Assembly: GCA_040879785.1 (NCBI GenBank)
Contig: JBBDJR010000006.1
Location: forward strand, 130,410 to 190,409
Reading direction: 5' to 3'
From: Candidatus Pacearchaeota archaeon
GTDB taxonomy: Archaea; Nanobdellota; Nanobdellia; Pacearchaeales; GW2011-AR1
Length of the DNA: 60,000 nt
Under the pieces are notes generated by a model. The model had not been told where the DNA came from and made no database searches. It saw nothing but the letters and a program-made list of their open reading frames with translations. The position numbers and the translations under genes are program-made. This document shows, piece by piece, positions 51,673-60,000 of this stretch; position 1 is the stretch's first letter; the number at the start of each line of letters is the position of its first letter.

Positions 51673-52289
51673 CAAAACAAAAAATAATCCAACAAGGAGC
51701 CGAGGCACAAATTATTCTGGATGGAAAAAACATCATAAAAAAGCGAGTGAAAAAATCTTACAGACACTCTGAACTTGACGAAAAAATTCGGAAGCTAAGA
51801 ACCCGCTCGGAAACAAAACTTCTTGAAAAAGCATCTCAAATAACAAACATCCCGAGGGTAATCAAATCAGATGAAAAAAATAAAGAAATATCAATGAATT
51901 TTATTGAGGGGAAAAAACTCTCAGAATACCTGGATTCTTTTTCTTTGAAAAAACAAAAAGAAATTTGTAACGCGATTGGGCAAAACATTGGGAAACTTCA
52001 TAGAGAAAACATAATCCACGGAGACCTAACAACAAGCAATATGATTCTTGATGACAAAGAGGTATTTTTCATCGACTTCGGACTCGGATACATCTCAAGA
52101 AAAATCGAAGACAAAGCCGTCGACATCCACCTTCTAAAACAAGCTCTCGAAGCAAAACATTACAAAAACTGGGAAACTCTTTTTGAAGAAGTCATTAAAG
52201 GATATGAAAAAAACCAGGGAAAAGAAGAAACAAAAAAAGTCTTGGAAAGAATTCTGGCTGTTGAGAAAAGGGGCAGGTATCGGCATTAA
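51669..52289 (+). CDS. bud32: Bud32/Kae1-associated atypical protein kinase (KEOPS subunit)
   Basis: IQQGAEAQIIL, SYRHSELDEKIRKLRTRSETKLLEKA, IIHGDLTTSNMIL, FIDFGLG. The preferred start is the ATG at 51669, which overlaps the VKOR stop (ATGA). Confidence 0.85.
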   Translation: MTKQKIIQQGAEAQIILDGKNIIKKRVKKSYRHSELDEKIRKLRTRSETKLLEKASQITNIPRVIKSDEKNKEISMNFIEGKKLSEYLDSFSLKKQKEICNAIGQNIGKLHRENIIHGDLTTSNMILDDKEVFFIDFGLGYISRKIEDKAVDIHLLKQALEAKHYKNWETLFEEVIKGYEKNQGKEETKKVLERILAVEKRGRYRH

Positions 52290-52316
52290 GAAATAATTAT
52301 AACTATTGAGTCAAAA

Positions 52317-52389
52317 TAGCCCCACCAGGATTCGAACCTGGGTCACGACCTCCAAAGGGTCGTATCTTTGACCGCTAGACTATGGGGCT
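52317..52389 (-). tRNA. tRNA-Gln (UUG)
   Basis: AGCCCCA/TGGGGCT acceptor (A1-U72 as in archaeal tRNA-Gln), GTCT/AGAT D stem, CGACC-CTTTGGA-GGTCG anticodon arm, CCAGG-TTCGAAT-CCTGG T arm. Confidence 0.88.
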
Positions 52390-53337
52390 TCAAAAGTTCC
52401 ACTTATTAACTTTATTTAAATGTCTCGAATTATGAAATCCAATTTGTTTTAAAAACTTTCTTAGTTCAGATTTCTTAGTTATATACACTTTATTTCCTTT
52501 AGTGATTTTTGAAGGCACAATTCCTAAAATCTCCAAAGATTCCTTCACATCTCTCAACAAAGTTAGATTAAAATTAGTGAAAACTATTTGATATGTATTC
52601 TGATTGTTAAGTTTATAGATCCCTCCATCTGTATCATATAATCCTCTTAAACAGGCTGCCAAAAAGCGATGGTTTTCTTTAATCCATTTAGGGATACCTA
52701 GCCGATTCTTTATCTTATTACCTGGTTTGAATCCCTTCTCCTCCAAAAAATTTACTAGCCTAACTCCATACGCAACTAAAAACATAGCATTACGAGAATT
52801 TTTGAAGTTTTCTTTTGGATTGAACTTTCCTGAATTAACTTTTATATTAAATAATTTTTCAATTAGGGATTTCACATAATTAATGAGGTAATCCTCATCA
52901 TGCCTCGAATCCCCAACAACCCTAATAACGTAAGTTCCTCGTTTATTCATTCTTGACTCATAGAATTGCGTCTTGTGTGAATTACCGTCCCCCAACATTA
53001 TTCCAAAAAATTCTGCCAGTTTCACAGAGTCTTTAGGAATTTTTATTGTTTTAGTATTCCCTTTTGAATTTTTTCCTCCCTTAGATTGCCCCCAATTATC
53101 TCCAATTTTTTCAGAGATAAATTTATCAAAATCTCTATTTACCATCTTGCAAATTTTTCTATAAAGAACCTCATCCAATAATCTTACTTCATTTCTTAAT
53201 TCGTTTCTTAAGTAACCCTCTGAAACCCCTAATAATTTAGATAATTGTGACCAGGAATAATCTTTTTTTAAGAGACTTATCATTTCTCTCTGCTTTCCTT
53301 TAACAAATTTCAATCTCATCCTAAAATTAAGAAGCAA
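52390..53337 (-). CDS. LAGLIDADG homing endonuclease-like protein with N-terminal HTH
   Basis: Two LAGLIDADG motifs: LAEFFGIMLGDGNS and CLRGLYDTDGGIY. The N-terminus has SWSQLSKLLGVSEGYLRNEL. The stop codon (52390-52392) abuts nucleotide 1 of tRNA-Gln. Confidence 0.8.
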   Translation of the reverse strand: MLLNFRMRLKFVKGKQREMISLLKKDYSWSQLSKLLGVSEGYLRNELRNEVRLLDEVLYRKICKMVNRDFDKFISEKIGDNWGQSKGGKNSKGNTKTIKIPKDSVKLAEFFGIMLGDGNSHKTQFYESRMNKRGTYVIRVVGDSRHDEDYLINYVKSLIEKLFNIKVNSGKFNPKENFKNSRNAMFLVAYGVRLVNFLEEKGFKPGNKIKNRLGIPKWIKENHRFLAACLRGLYDTDGGIYKLNNQNTYQIVFTNFNLTLLRDVKESLEILGIVPSKITKGNKVYITKKSELRKFLKQIGFHNSRHLNKVNKWNF

Positions 53338-53347
53338 AAGTATATAA

Positions 53348-53401
53348 GTCTATTGCTTGACCACTAAACTACATATACTATTGTTAAATCCTGGCGGGGC
53401 T
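53348..53401. pseudogene. decayed tRNA-Gln fragments upstream of the LAGLIDADG gene
   Basis: 53348-53372 (GTCTATTGCTTGACCACTAAACTAC) resembles the antisense of the tRNA-Gln D-arm region (52359-52383) in the same orientation as the gene. 53383-53401 (GTTAAATCCTGGCGGGGCT) resembles the sense 3' end, but in inverted orientation. Confidence 0.55.
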
Positions 53402-54206
53402 ATTCCTTAAAAGCCCTCTTATAAAAAAGCTCTCGATTAATTTCCTGTCTCTTCGGAGTCAACTTCCTAAAGAACTCCGTCAATCTTCTTTGTTTATACT
53501 TCTCTCCAATAAGAACCCCCGCAAGCTTTTTGTATTCAACACTTCCTTTAGAATTCGGTTTATGGATTGTATATGGCTTCATTTTTGAGAGGGCATTTAG
53601 AACTTCCGTATCATGAGGTATGACTGCAAGAACAGGAATCCCTAAAGTCTCCTCGACATCCTCAAAAGAAACCTCAAAATTTTTATTATGAACTTTATTC
53701 AGAACCAATCCTGATATCGGCGCTCCTCTCTGCTTAGCCAGCTTTATTGCCTTTATCGTCGCGCTAAGAGTTGAATGGTCGGGCGTCGTAACAACAATAA
53801 TCTCATCAGATGCAAGCATGACTGCAAGAGTTTCTTCGTCGAGGGAAGGAGAAGAATCTATCAAAATTACATCATAACTTCTTTTCAAACCCTTAATCCT
53901 ATCTCTCAGTTTAAGAGGATTTATCTTTGATTTCCAAAAGATTGAGGCAGGCATCACGTGCAAGCCATCCAAATCATGTATAGCGTCTTTAGTTCCCGCA
54001 GACCTGTCCAAAACATGATGAAGAGTTTTTTCAGGGTCCACTACATTTAGATGAAGCCCCAAACTTGGAGACGAAAGATTTCCATCAATTAAGAGAGTTT
54101 TCTTTCCAAGACTCGAGAACGCCGCTCCCAGAGAAGAAACAACACTCGTTTTCCCCACACCTCCTTTTAAACTAACAATACCAATGGTTTTTCCCATTAT
54201 AACCAA
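53400..54206 (-). CDS. MinD/ParA-family P-loop ATPase
   Basis: Deviant Walker A IVSLKGGVGKTSVV, Walker B VILIDSSPS; 268 aa. Confidence 0.85.
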   Translation of the reverse strand: MVIMGKTIGIVSLKGGVGKTSVVSSLGAAFSSLGKKTLLIDGNLSSPSLGLHLNVVDPEKTLHHVLDRSAGTKDAIHDLDGLHVMPASIFWKSKINPLKLRDRIKGLKRSYDVILIDSSPSLDEETLAVMLASDEIIVVTTPDHSTLSATIKAIKLAKQRGAPISGLVLNKVHNKNFEVSFEDVEETLGIPVLAVIPHDTEVLNALSKMKPYTIHKPNSKGSVEYKKLAGVLIGEKYKQRRLTEFFRKLTPKRQEINRELFYKRAFKE

Positions 54207-54291
54207 TATAATTTCAGCATTTAAAATCTTTTAGTTTTAGTATTTTCAGGGAGCACGCAAAGTTTAAAAACAAACTCATTTATCTTATAAA

Positions 54292-54690
54292 ATGCCCAAA
54301 AAATCAGAAAAGAAAAACAAGGAAAAGACAGGAGAAAAAACCGGGAAAGATTCAAAAAATGAAGAGAAAGTCCCTAAGAAATTATCTCAGCAAGAATTTG
54401 AAAAAAAGGTAATAGAACTTGCAGATAAAAAACTAACCAGTGAAAAAATTGGGGAACAACTCCGAAAAGAAGGGATTCATCCTAAAGATTACGATAAAAA
54501 AATATCTAAAATACTTAAGGAAAAAGAAAAACTTGTAAATTCAGATATCCAAAATCTTGAGAAAAAACTCGAAGATCTTAGGAAGCACTACGAAAAAAAC
54601 AAACAAGATAAAAAAGCGATGAGAGATAGGGATAAGATCTTCTCAAGAATAAGGAAGTTGAAAAAATATCACAAATTGCCATTAAAGTGA
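54292..54690 (+). CDS. rps15: 30S ribosomal protein S15 (S13e type)
   Basis: EFEKKVIELADKKLTSEKIGEQLRKEGIHP..., LRKHYEKNKQDKKAMRDRDKIFSRIRKLKKYH. Confidence 0.8.
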   Translation: MPKKSEKKNKEKTGEKTGKDSKNEEKVPKKLSQQEFEKKVIELADKKLTSEKIGEQLRKEGIHPKDYDKKISKILKEKEKLVNSDIQNLEKKLEDLRKHYEKNKQDKKAMRDRDKIFSRIRKLKKYHKLPLK

Positions 54691-54766
54691 TGTAATTTAA
54701 TAGTGCAAGCAACCCCTTAAATAAAAAGATTGTGAATTTATTTAGTATTAATTTTAAGATTATAAA

Positions 54767-56137
54767 ATGGAAAAAGAGGAGAATATTATAGTAGATGAAA
54801 AATTAGGAAGAGAACCGCTGGATGAAAAAATTAAGGAAGTCTCAAAAAAATTTCTTGAAAAAACAAAAGACAGAGAAATCTTAATCATCAGCCATTTTGA
54901 TACAGATGGAATAACCTCTGCATCGATAATTATACAAGCTTTGAAAAGAATTGATAGAAAGTTCTCGGTTAAGATTGTAAAATCTCTTGAGGAAGATTTT
55001 ATTAGAGGACTTCCAAAAGACAAAGTGATTCTTTTCCTGGATCTGGCTTCAGGGAGTTTGGATTATATGAAAGATGAAAATTTAAAAGACGTTTTTATAA
55101 TAGACCATCACGAGGTTACGCAAGAAATTCCTGAAGGAGTGGAAGTAATCAACCCCTGGTTTAACGGGAAAGAAAAAATAAGTGGTGCCGGCCTGTCATA
55201 TCTTTTCTCAAAAGAAATAGACAACAACAATAAAGACCTTGCAAAATTAGCAGTCCTTGGAATGATGGGGGACATTATGGAAAAGCATATAGAAGACCTT
55301 GACAAAGAAATATTCGATGGAGGCGACATAAAAAGAAAGAAAGGCCTTTTATTATATCCCTCAACAAGACCAATAAACAAAACTCTTGAATACAGTTCAA
55401 ACCCATACATTCCGGGAGTCACAGGAAATTCAGAGGGTGTTTTTGAATTGATAAGAGAAACAGGAATTGAAATGGTTAACGGAAAACACAAAAGTCTAAT
55501 CGAGTTAAGTGAGGATGAAATGAAAAAACTCACGACAGCAATAATGCTAAGAAACCCTAACACTAAAAGAGATATCATCGGGAATATATATCTCTTAAAA
55601 TTCTTCAACAAATTAGATGACGCAAGAGAACTAAGCGCAATGATAAACGCCTGCTCAAGACTCGGAAAAAGTGAGGCCGCATTAAAATTCTGCCTTGAAG
55701 TTCCTAACGCAAGAAAAGAAGCGGAAGGAATCCATGCAAAATATAAACAGCACCTAATTTCCGCGCTTGATTTTGTATCAAAAACAGAAAAAATAGAGGG
55801 TAAAGGATTTGTAATAATAAACGCTGGAGACCAGGTAATGGACACTATAATCGGAACAATTGCAAGTATTCTTTCAAACTCTCCGAATTATGAAGAAGGC
55901 ACAATAATAACTGCGATGGCCTACTACGAGGGAAAAATAAAAATCTCGGCAAGAATCTGCGGCCAAGAAAACAATGGGAGAAATGTAAAAGAAATTCTCG
56001 AAAAGATTATAACTCAGATAGGAGGAGAGGTCGGAGGACACGAGTTTGCCGCAGGAGGAATCATAGAAAAAGAAAAAGAAAAAGATTTTATTGAAGCATT
56101 AAAGAAAAATCTCGAAATTGAGATGGTTAAGATTTAG
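54767..56137 (+). CDS. DHH-family phosphoesterase, archaeal RecJ/GAN-like
   Basis: LIISHFDTDGITSASI (motif I/II), FIIDHHE (DHH) and a C-terminal DHHA1-like GGHEFAAGG. Confidence 0.8.
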   Translation: MEKEENIIVDEKLGREPLDEKIKEVSKKFLEKTKDREILIISHFDTDGITSASIIIQALKRIDRKFSVKIVKSLEEDFIRGLPKDKVILFLDLASGSLDYMKDENLKDVFIIDHHEVTQEIPEGVEVINPWFNGKEKISGAGLSYLFSKEIDNNNKDLAKLAVLGMMGDIMEKHIEDLDKEIFDGGDIKRKKGLLLYPSTRPINKTLEYSSNPYIPGVTGNSEGVFELIRETGIEMVNGKHKSLIELSEDEMKKLTTAIMLRNPNTKRDIIGNIYLLKFFNKLDDARELSAMINACSRLGKSEAALKFCLEVPNARKEAEGIHAKYKQHLISALDFVSKTEKIEGKGFVIINAGDQVMDTIIGTIASILSNSPNYEEGTIITAMAYYEGKIKISARICGQENNGRNVKEILEKIITQIGGEVGGHEFAAGGIIEKEKEKDFIEALKKNLEIEMVKI

Positions 56138-56384
56138 TCTTTATAAAATTTCTAAAAATCATTGATACAAGTTTGTTCAATTAGTCTCCCATATTTAATA
56201 ATTCCTGCCATCCTATGTTGAGAAAAACCTGCGTTTGTCTTCATTTAACTGTATTCATTGTTTTTGTAATTTGCGAGCGGAGCGAGCAAGTATATCTCTA
56301 TCCAAAAAACAGAATAAAGATTCAACTCTTAAACAAAGTCTAATAATACAAAACCCTTAAAAACGCGCTAACTTAACTATTTCT

Positions 56385-57110
56385 ATGACAGAAAATCTTG
56401 AAGAAGGCGACCTTGTATTATGTACTGTGGATAGAATAGTCGGAACAATCGTATTCGTAAAAATACATCATGAAGGAAAAGAACTTGAAGGTTCAATAAC
56501 TTTCAGCGAGATCGCCCCGGGAAGAATCAGAAATATAAGGGATTATGTTGTTCCTAAAAAGAAGATAGTTTGCAAGGTGTTAAGAATTTCCGGAGATAGA
56601 ATCGACTTAACATTTAGAAGAGTAAGTCAAAAAGAAGAAAAAGAGATTAAAGAAAAGGAGAAACTGGAAAAAAGTTATGAGAACATACTAAAGGGGGTCC
56701 TCGGAGAAAAAGGCGAAGAAGTGTTAAAAAAAATCTCAGAAGAAGAAACTGTTTATGATTTCCTCGAATCGTCTAAAGAAAATCCGGAGAAACTGGAAAA
56801 ACTTGTGGGAAAACAAGATTTAGAAAAAATTCTTGAAGTTATAAACTCTCAAAAGAAAAAGAATACAATCATAAAAAAAGAAATCTCATTAATATCAACT
56901 AAAAAAGACGGTCTTGAATCAATAAAAAAACTCTTAGGCGGAATCAAAGATATAGAAATAAGGTATATCTCTTCAGGAAAATACTCCTTAAAAAAAGAAT
57001 CTGAAGACCCAAAAAAAGGAGACCAGGAATTTAAAAATACTCTTCTAGAACTTGAAAAGTCAGCAAAAAAAGACGGCATAGAATTCAGTGTTGTCAAGGA
57101 AAAAGGATAA
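56385..57110 (+). CDS. eif2a: translation initiation factor 2 alpha subunit (aIF2-alpha)
   Basis: S1 domain EGDLVLCTVDRIVGTIVFVKI...GSITFSEIAPGRIRNIRDYV...KVLRISGDRIDLTFRRV, then the helical and alpha-beta domains. Confidence 0.8.
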   Translation: MTENLEEGDLVLCTVDRIVGTIVFVKIHHEGKELEGSITFSEIAPGRIRNIRDYVVPKKKIVCKVLRISGDRIDLTFRRVSQKEEKEIKEKEKLEKSYENILKGVLGEKGEEVLKKISEEETVYDFLESSKENPEKLEKLVGKQDLEKILEVINSQKKKNTIIKKEISLISTKKDGLESIKKLLGGIKDIEIRYISSGKYSLKKESEDPKKGDQEFKNTLLELEKSAKKDGIEFSVVKEKG

Positions 57111-57213
57111 ATAAAGGTTAGCATTCTCTAGAAGTGAAAGGAAAATCGTATTTTCTAGCGACTATGTTTGAATGAATCACAAAGCTTAAAAACAAAGTTT
57201 TTTATGGATTTGT

Positions 57214-57630
57214 ATGGACGAGAAAAAACTGGATCGGTTTAATGTGATTGTCTTGGGGATAATCTTTGACCCAAAAGAAAAGAAGATTTTAATAGGAAGA
57301 AGAGAAAATGATCCTTATGTTTCTGATTTGAAATGGAGTCCTCCAGGAGGGAGTCTTACTCAGGGAAAAGATTTGGAGGAGTCACTTAAAATAAAAATAA
57401 AAGAACAGACTGGATATAATATCGAAAACCTTGGAAACATATTTGCAATGATTCCTGAAGAAAAGAAAAATTTTATTTTACTTCTTTATCTATGTGAAGT
57501 TACCGGCGGAGAAGAAAAGATAGGAGGAAATTTAAAAGAATTAAAATGGGTATATCCTGAAGATTTAGATAATTATTTCAATATAGCATACCATCCTCAC
57601 TTAAGAGAATATATTTTGAATCTTAAATGA
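57214..57630 (+). CDS. Nudix-fold hydrolase (Nudix box partly degenerate)
   Basis: PPGGSLTQGKDLEESLKIKIKEQTGY occupies the Nudix-box position, but the canonical RE..EE residues are partly replaced. Confidence 0.6.
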   Translation: MDEKKLDRFNVIVLGIIFDPKEKKILIGRRENDPYVSDLKWSPPGGSLTQGKDLEESLKIKIKEQTGYNIENLGNIFAMIPEEKKNFILLLYLCEVTGGEEKIGGNLKELKWVYPEDLDNYFNIAYHPHLREYILNLK

Positions 57631-57752
57631 CAAAGCTAAAAACTTGCAAATCCTGCAAACCAAACAGATACACTCTAAAAGAATCATGTCCGAAGTGCAA
57701 AAAGAAAACTTCCGACGCGCATCATAAATTTGTTAAAGTAAAGTCTATTTAA
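57627..57752 (+). CDS. nop10: H/ACA RNP protein Nop10 (41 aa; below ORF-track cutoff)
   Basis: MTKLKTCKSCKPNRYTLKESCPKCKKKTSDAHHKFVKVKSI has the Nop10 zinc-ribbon pattern C..C...YTL...CP.C. The ATG overlaps the Nudix stop (ATGA). Confidence 0.7.
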   Translation: MTKLKTCKSCKPNRYTLKESCPKCKKKTSDAHHKFVKVKSI

Positions 57753-57759
57753 ATCTAAA

Positions 57760-58131
57760 TTATGAGGAGACTATATTTTCTGACTTTAGGGGGATAACTT
57801 TTTCCTTAAACATCTCAGGAAGATCTGAAATTAAATCCTCCAATCTTTCTCGGTCCACAGGCAAAAAACATAGGGAAGAGTATTTATTTAAACTATCTTC
57901 AGAAAGTATCCCGTTGTATAGGCCGAGACTCTCTAAATCCTTTTCAAATGTTGCACCTTCCAAATAACTTTTAACAAAATTTTTGTTCACTTCCACAAAT
58001 ATGTCCTTTACTTTAGACTCATTTTGAGAAAGATAAATTCTATGAAGAACAAAATAGCTTCTTGCCGAATCAGTATCAGGATCTTTCTTTCCTACTTCTC
58101 CAAAAAAAATTTCCCCATAATCTTTCATCAT
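57760..58131 (-). CDS. hypothetical protein
   Basis: 123-aa ORF; no family recognised. Confidence 0.5.
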   Translation of the reverse strand: MMKDYGEIFFGEVGKKDPDTDSARSYFVLHRIYLSQNESKVKDIFVEVNKNFVKSYLEGATFEKDLESLGLYNGILSEDSLNKYSSLCFLPVDRERLEDLISDLPEMFKEKVIPLKSENIVSS

Positions 58132-58185
58132 TAAACCCCTAAGAAAACAAGAGTTTTTAACGATTATTGTAATAAAAGAGTCTTC

Positions 58186-58770
58186 TCAAACAAGAGTCTT
58201 CTGCCGAACCTCGGCCTTAACAATCTCCATATCTTTTTCCCATTCCCCAATAAGCTCCCTCTTGTAAATTATTGCCGCAGGATGAAATAAAGGAATTAAC
58301 TTTATCTTTAGCCCGTGAAATTCAATCATCTTTACTTTTCCGTGAACGTTCGTTATCCAGGGCATTTTTTTCATATTGTCAACATCGCCATCAGCTAAAA
58401 AAAACTTCGTCGCATAATTCCCAAGAGAACAAATAACTTTTGGCTTAATCTGTTTAATCTGTTCTATGAGCCACGGCGTATGGGCTCTTATCTCTTCAGG
58501 AAGAGGGTCTCTGTTTTCAGGAGGCCTGCATTTAAGGATATTCGCTATGTAAACATCATCTAAATTCAATCCAACTTTTTCAAGAAGTTTGTTTAAATTT
58601 TTTCCTGCTGCGCCGACAAACGGAAGTCCCTGCTCATCCTCATTTCTTCCTGGGGCCTCACCAATAAACATCATATCCGCCTCTAAATCTCCTCTCCCAA
58701 CAACAATATTTTTACACTGCTTGCAAATCTCGGTTTCCTTAGCAAGTTTAATATGTTCTGACTCTGTCAT
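58186..58770 (-). CDS. udg: uracil-DNA glycosylase, family 4
   Basis: CKQCKN, MFIGEAPGRNEDEQGLPFVGAAGKNL, ANILKCRPP, LFHPAAI. Confidence 0.88.
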   Translation of the reverse strand: MTESEHIKLAKETEICKQCKNIVVGRGDLEADMMFIGEAPGRNEDEQGLPFVGAAGKNLNKLLEKVGLNLDDVYIANILKCRPPENRDPLPEEIRAHTPWLIEQIKQIKPKVICSLGNYATKFFLADGDVDNMKKMPWITNVHGKVKMIEFHGLKIKLIPLFHPAAIIYKRELIGEWEKDMEIVKAEVRQKTLV

Positions 58771-58808
58771 AAAAATCTAAGAACACTGGTGTTTTTAAAA
58801 ATTTAGAA

Positions 58809-60000
58809 TTATTCTTTCTTCCTTGAATTGATGCCAAAATATGCTGCGCCGGCAATGACAACCAAAGCAATTAGAATCCACAACCATGTCAGATTTCTCT
58901 CGCCATCACTTTCTTCTTCACTTTCTCCAGTCTCAGAACCGGTTTCTTCGCTAGTATCATCCTCAACGACACTCTTCTCTGATACTGCAAAATAACTGAA
59001 AGAGTCAAGCTCGACATCATAGTAATTGTAATCCGAGTCTTCAGAAGAAAATTCCGTCTCCAACTCGTTCCACACATTCGAAGATTCGTCAAACTTAGAA
59101 ACACCTACTTCATCCCTCTGCAATCCGTTATCCTGAAGCCATGACTTTTCCACCCTAAACTCCACAACTGCGCTTCCAAATCCGTCTTCCAAATTCTCTG
59201 CATCAATCTGAATATATTGATAGACTTTTCCTGACCTTTCAACTGAAACCGCCGCAGGTTTTCCATCATGTTTTGTAACCTCAATTTTAACGTTTTGTGC
59301 AGGGTTGTTCACATTTATTGTGATTTCTCTTACTCCGATTTCAGAATCAAAATTAGAAACTATTGCTGCAGCCCCTGAAGTTATTTCTGCGAATGAATGA
59401 GATTTTGTTGGGAGTGATGATGAAGCAGAACCTCCCCCTGACGACGAACCTCCTGTGGAACAATCACTTGTTGAAAATGATTCTGTGGAAGTCGCCGAGT
59501 TTCCTTCATTATCTGTAGCAGTAACAGTAAAGTCATAAGAAGTTCCACAATTTAACCTACTCACCTTTTTATCTGCACTATGAACAAGCCCATTATCACT
59601 CGAAAGAACACAGGTATCTAATCCACTAAACGCGTCTGAACAAGAATAATCAACTATAATAAAGTCCCCTGCAGAACTACTCTTTGCAAATCCGCTTATC
59701 GTAGGATTGACACTGTCTTTAACTCTGACTAAGCTTGAATTAAACGGTGGAGCAGTATACGTAACATTCTCTGACTGATTTGTAATTGCGGTAACATATG
59801 TCTGGAAAGTGTCATTCCAGGTTGCATCAGAACTTAGAGTAAAATTAATTGTGAAATTTGTCTCCGCCTTAATTTGAGCTTGAGAAACATCTATAGTAAC
59901 TACTGAACTAGTAATTGAATTATTAGAATAATCATTTGTTCCATCAGAAATATTCACGCTTGAAATATTCCCAAAATTAGTTCCTGTTATGTTTAATGTA
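58809..60000 (-). CDS. cell-surface glycoprotein with PGF-pre-PGF-like domain and C-terminal TM anchor (5' end outside window)
   Basis: The frame is open through nt 60000 (the GTG at 59957 is probably internal). It has many N-x-S/T sequons and a Ser/Gly linker. VYQYIQIDAENL...VEFRVEKSWLQDNGL...VWNELETEF resembles archaeal pre-PGF domains. The C-terminal TM helix is WLWILIALVVIAGAAYF. Confidence 0.7.
   Translation of the reverse strand, partial: TLNITGTNFGNISSVNISDGTNDYSNNSITSSVVTIDVSQAQIKAETNFTINFTLSSDATWNDTFQTYVTAITNQSENVTYTAPPFNSSLVRVKDSVNPTISGFAKSSSAGDFIIVDYSCSDAFSGLDTCVLSSDNGLVHSADKKVSRLNCGTSYDFTVTATDNEGNSATSTESFSTSDCSTGGSSSGGGSASSSLPTKSHSFAEITSGAAAIVSNFDSEIGVREITINVNNPAQNVKIEVTKHDGKPAAVSVERSGKVYQYIQIDAENLEDGFGSAVVEFRVEKSWLQDNGLQRDEVGVSKFDESSNVWNELETEFSSEDSDYNYYDVELDSFSYFAVSEKSVVEDDTSEETGSETGESEEESDGERNLTWLWILIALVVIAGAAYFGINSRKKE

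Noticed and set aside
55108-55845. 245-aa minus-strand ORF.
   Set aside because: It lies entirely antisense within the RecJ/DHH gene, which has clear DHH and DHHA1 motifs, and it has no motifs of its own. The same reasoning applies to 49033-49359 and 49633-49929, opposite srp54.
56215-56300. Possible fourth, degenerate copy of the tRNA-trailer hairpin (TGAGAAAAACCTGCGTTTGTCTTCA versus TGAGAACCTCCTGCAGGTTCTTCA), next to GCGAGCGGAGCGAGCAAGT, which resembles the tRNA-Arg leader motif GCGAGCGAAGCAAGTGA.
   Set aside because: The similarity is patchy and needs indels. No tRNA or tRNA fragment is nearby and the hairpin stem is lost. It is worth including in a genome-wide scan, but it is not supportable as a feature from this window alone.
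1-60000. Search for CRISPR arrays, rRNA genes, IS elements/transposases, integrases and prophage or virus structural genes.
   Set aside because: No regularly spaced direct repeats were seen, and no rRNA-like GC-rich segment longer than about 150 nt. No DDE, serine or tyrosine recombinase motifs appear in any ORF. The only short repeats are the tRNA-linked elements and the coding low-complexity repeats.

Overview
This window is a densely packed, AT-rich archaeal chromosome segment with about 65 protein genes and 7 tRNA genes. I found no rRNA, CRISPR array, transposase or integrase. The backbone is archaeal informational machinery: TFB, TFE, EndA, deoxyhypusine synthase, ribosomal proteins S8e/S17e/L44e/S3Ae/S15, an Sm-like protein, Nop10, aIF2-alpha, SRP54/FtsY, Bud32, a GINS-like protein, a RecJ/DHH protein, RNase Z, and Ala/Leu/Gly-tRNA synthetases. 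There is almost no metabolism. Together with bacterial-type LeuRS and DisA, this suggests a reduced, DPANN-like episymbiotic archaeon (inference). Many genes carry a TTTATA-like box 20-35 nt upstream of the start codon, which fits leaderless transcripts. The accessory or unusual content is: (1) a type II restriction-modification island at 13.5-16.7 kb. (2) Two free-standing LAGLIDADG endonuclease genes, each physically joined to a tRNA gene (Met/CAU and Gln) and bounded by decayed tRNA fragments. (3) A family of GC-rich tRNA-flanking elements. These include a 37-nt hairpin repeat downstream of tRNA-Leu, tRNA-Cys and tRNA-Thr, always followed by a duplicate tRNA 3' end. The Leu and Cys duplicates are swapped, which implies a 3.8-kb inversion. 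(4) A G+C-richer block of about 9 kb between tRNA-Cys and tRNA-Val. It encodes a 2368-aa secreted giant protein with a C-terminal lytic transglycosylase (SLT) domain and an abutting 629-aa membrane-anchored partner. (5) A very AT-rich, translationally coupled 4-gene operon: SMODS/CD-NTase-like nucleotidyltransferase, GT2, SAM methyltransferase and a GT-B-like protein. (6) A bacterial outer-membrane-type 8-strand beta-barrel protein, a VKOR homolog and a 29-aa Cys-rich micro-ORF. All calls come from reading translations and motifs by eye; no searches were run.
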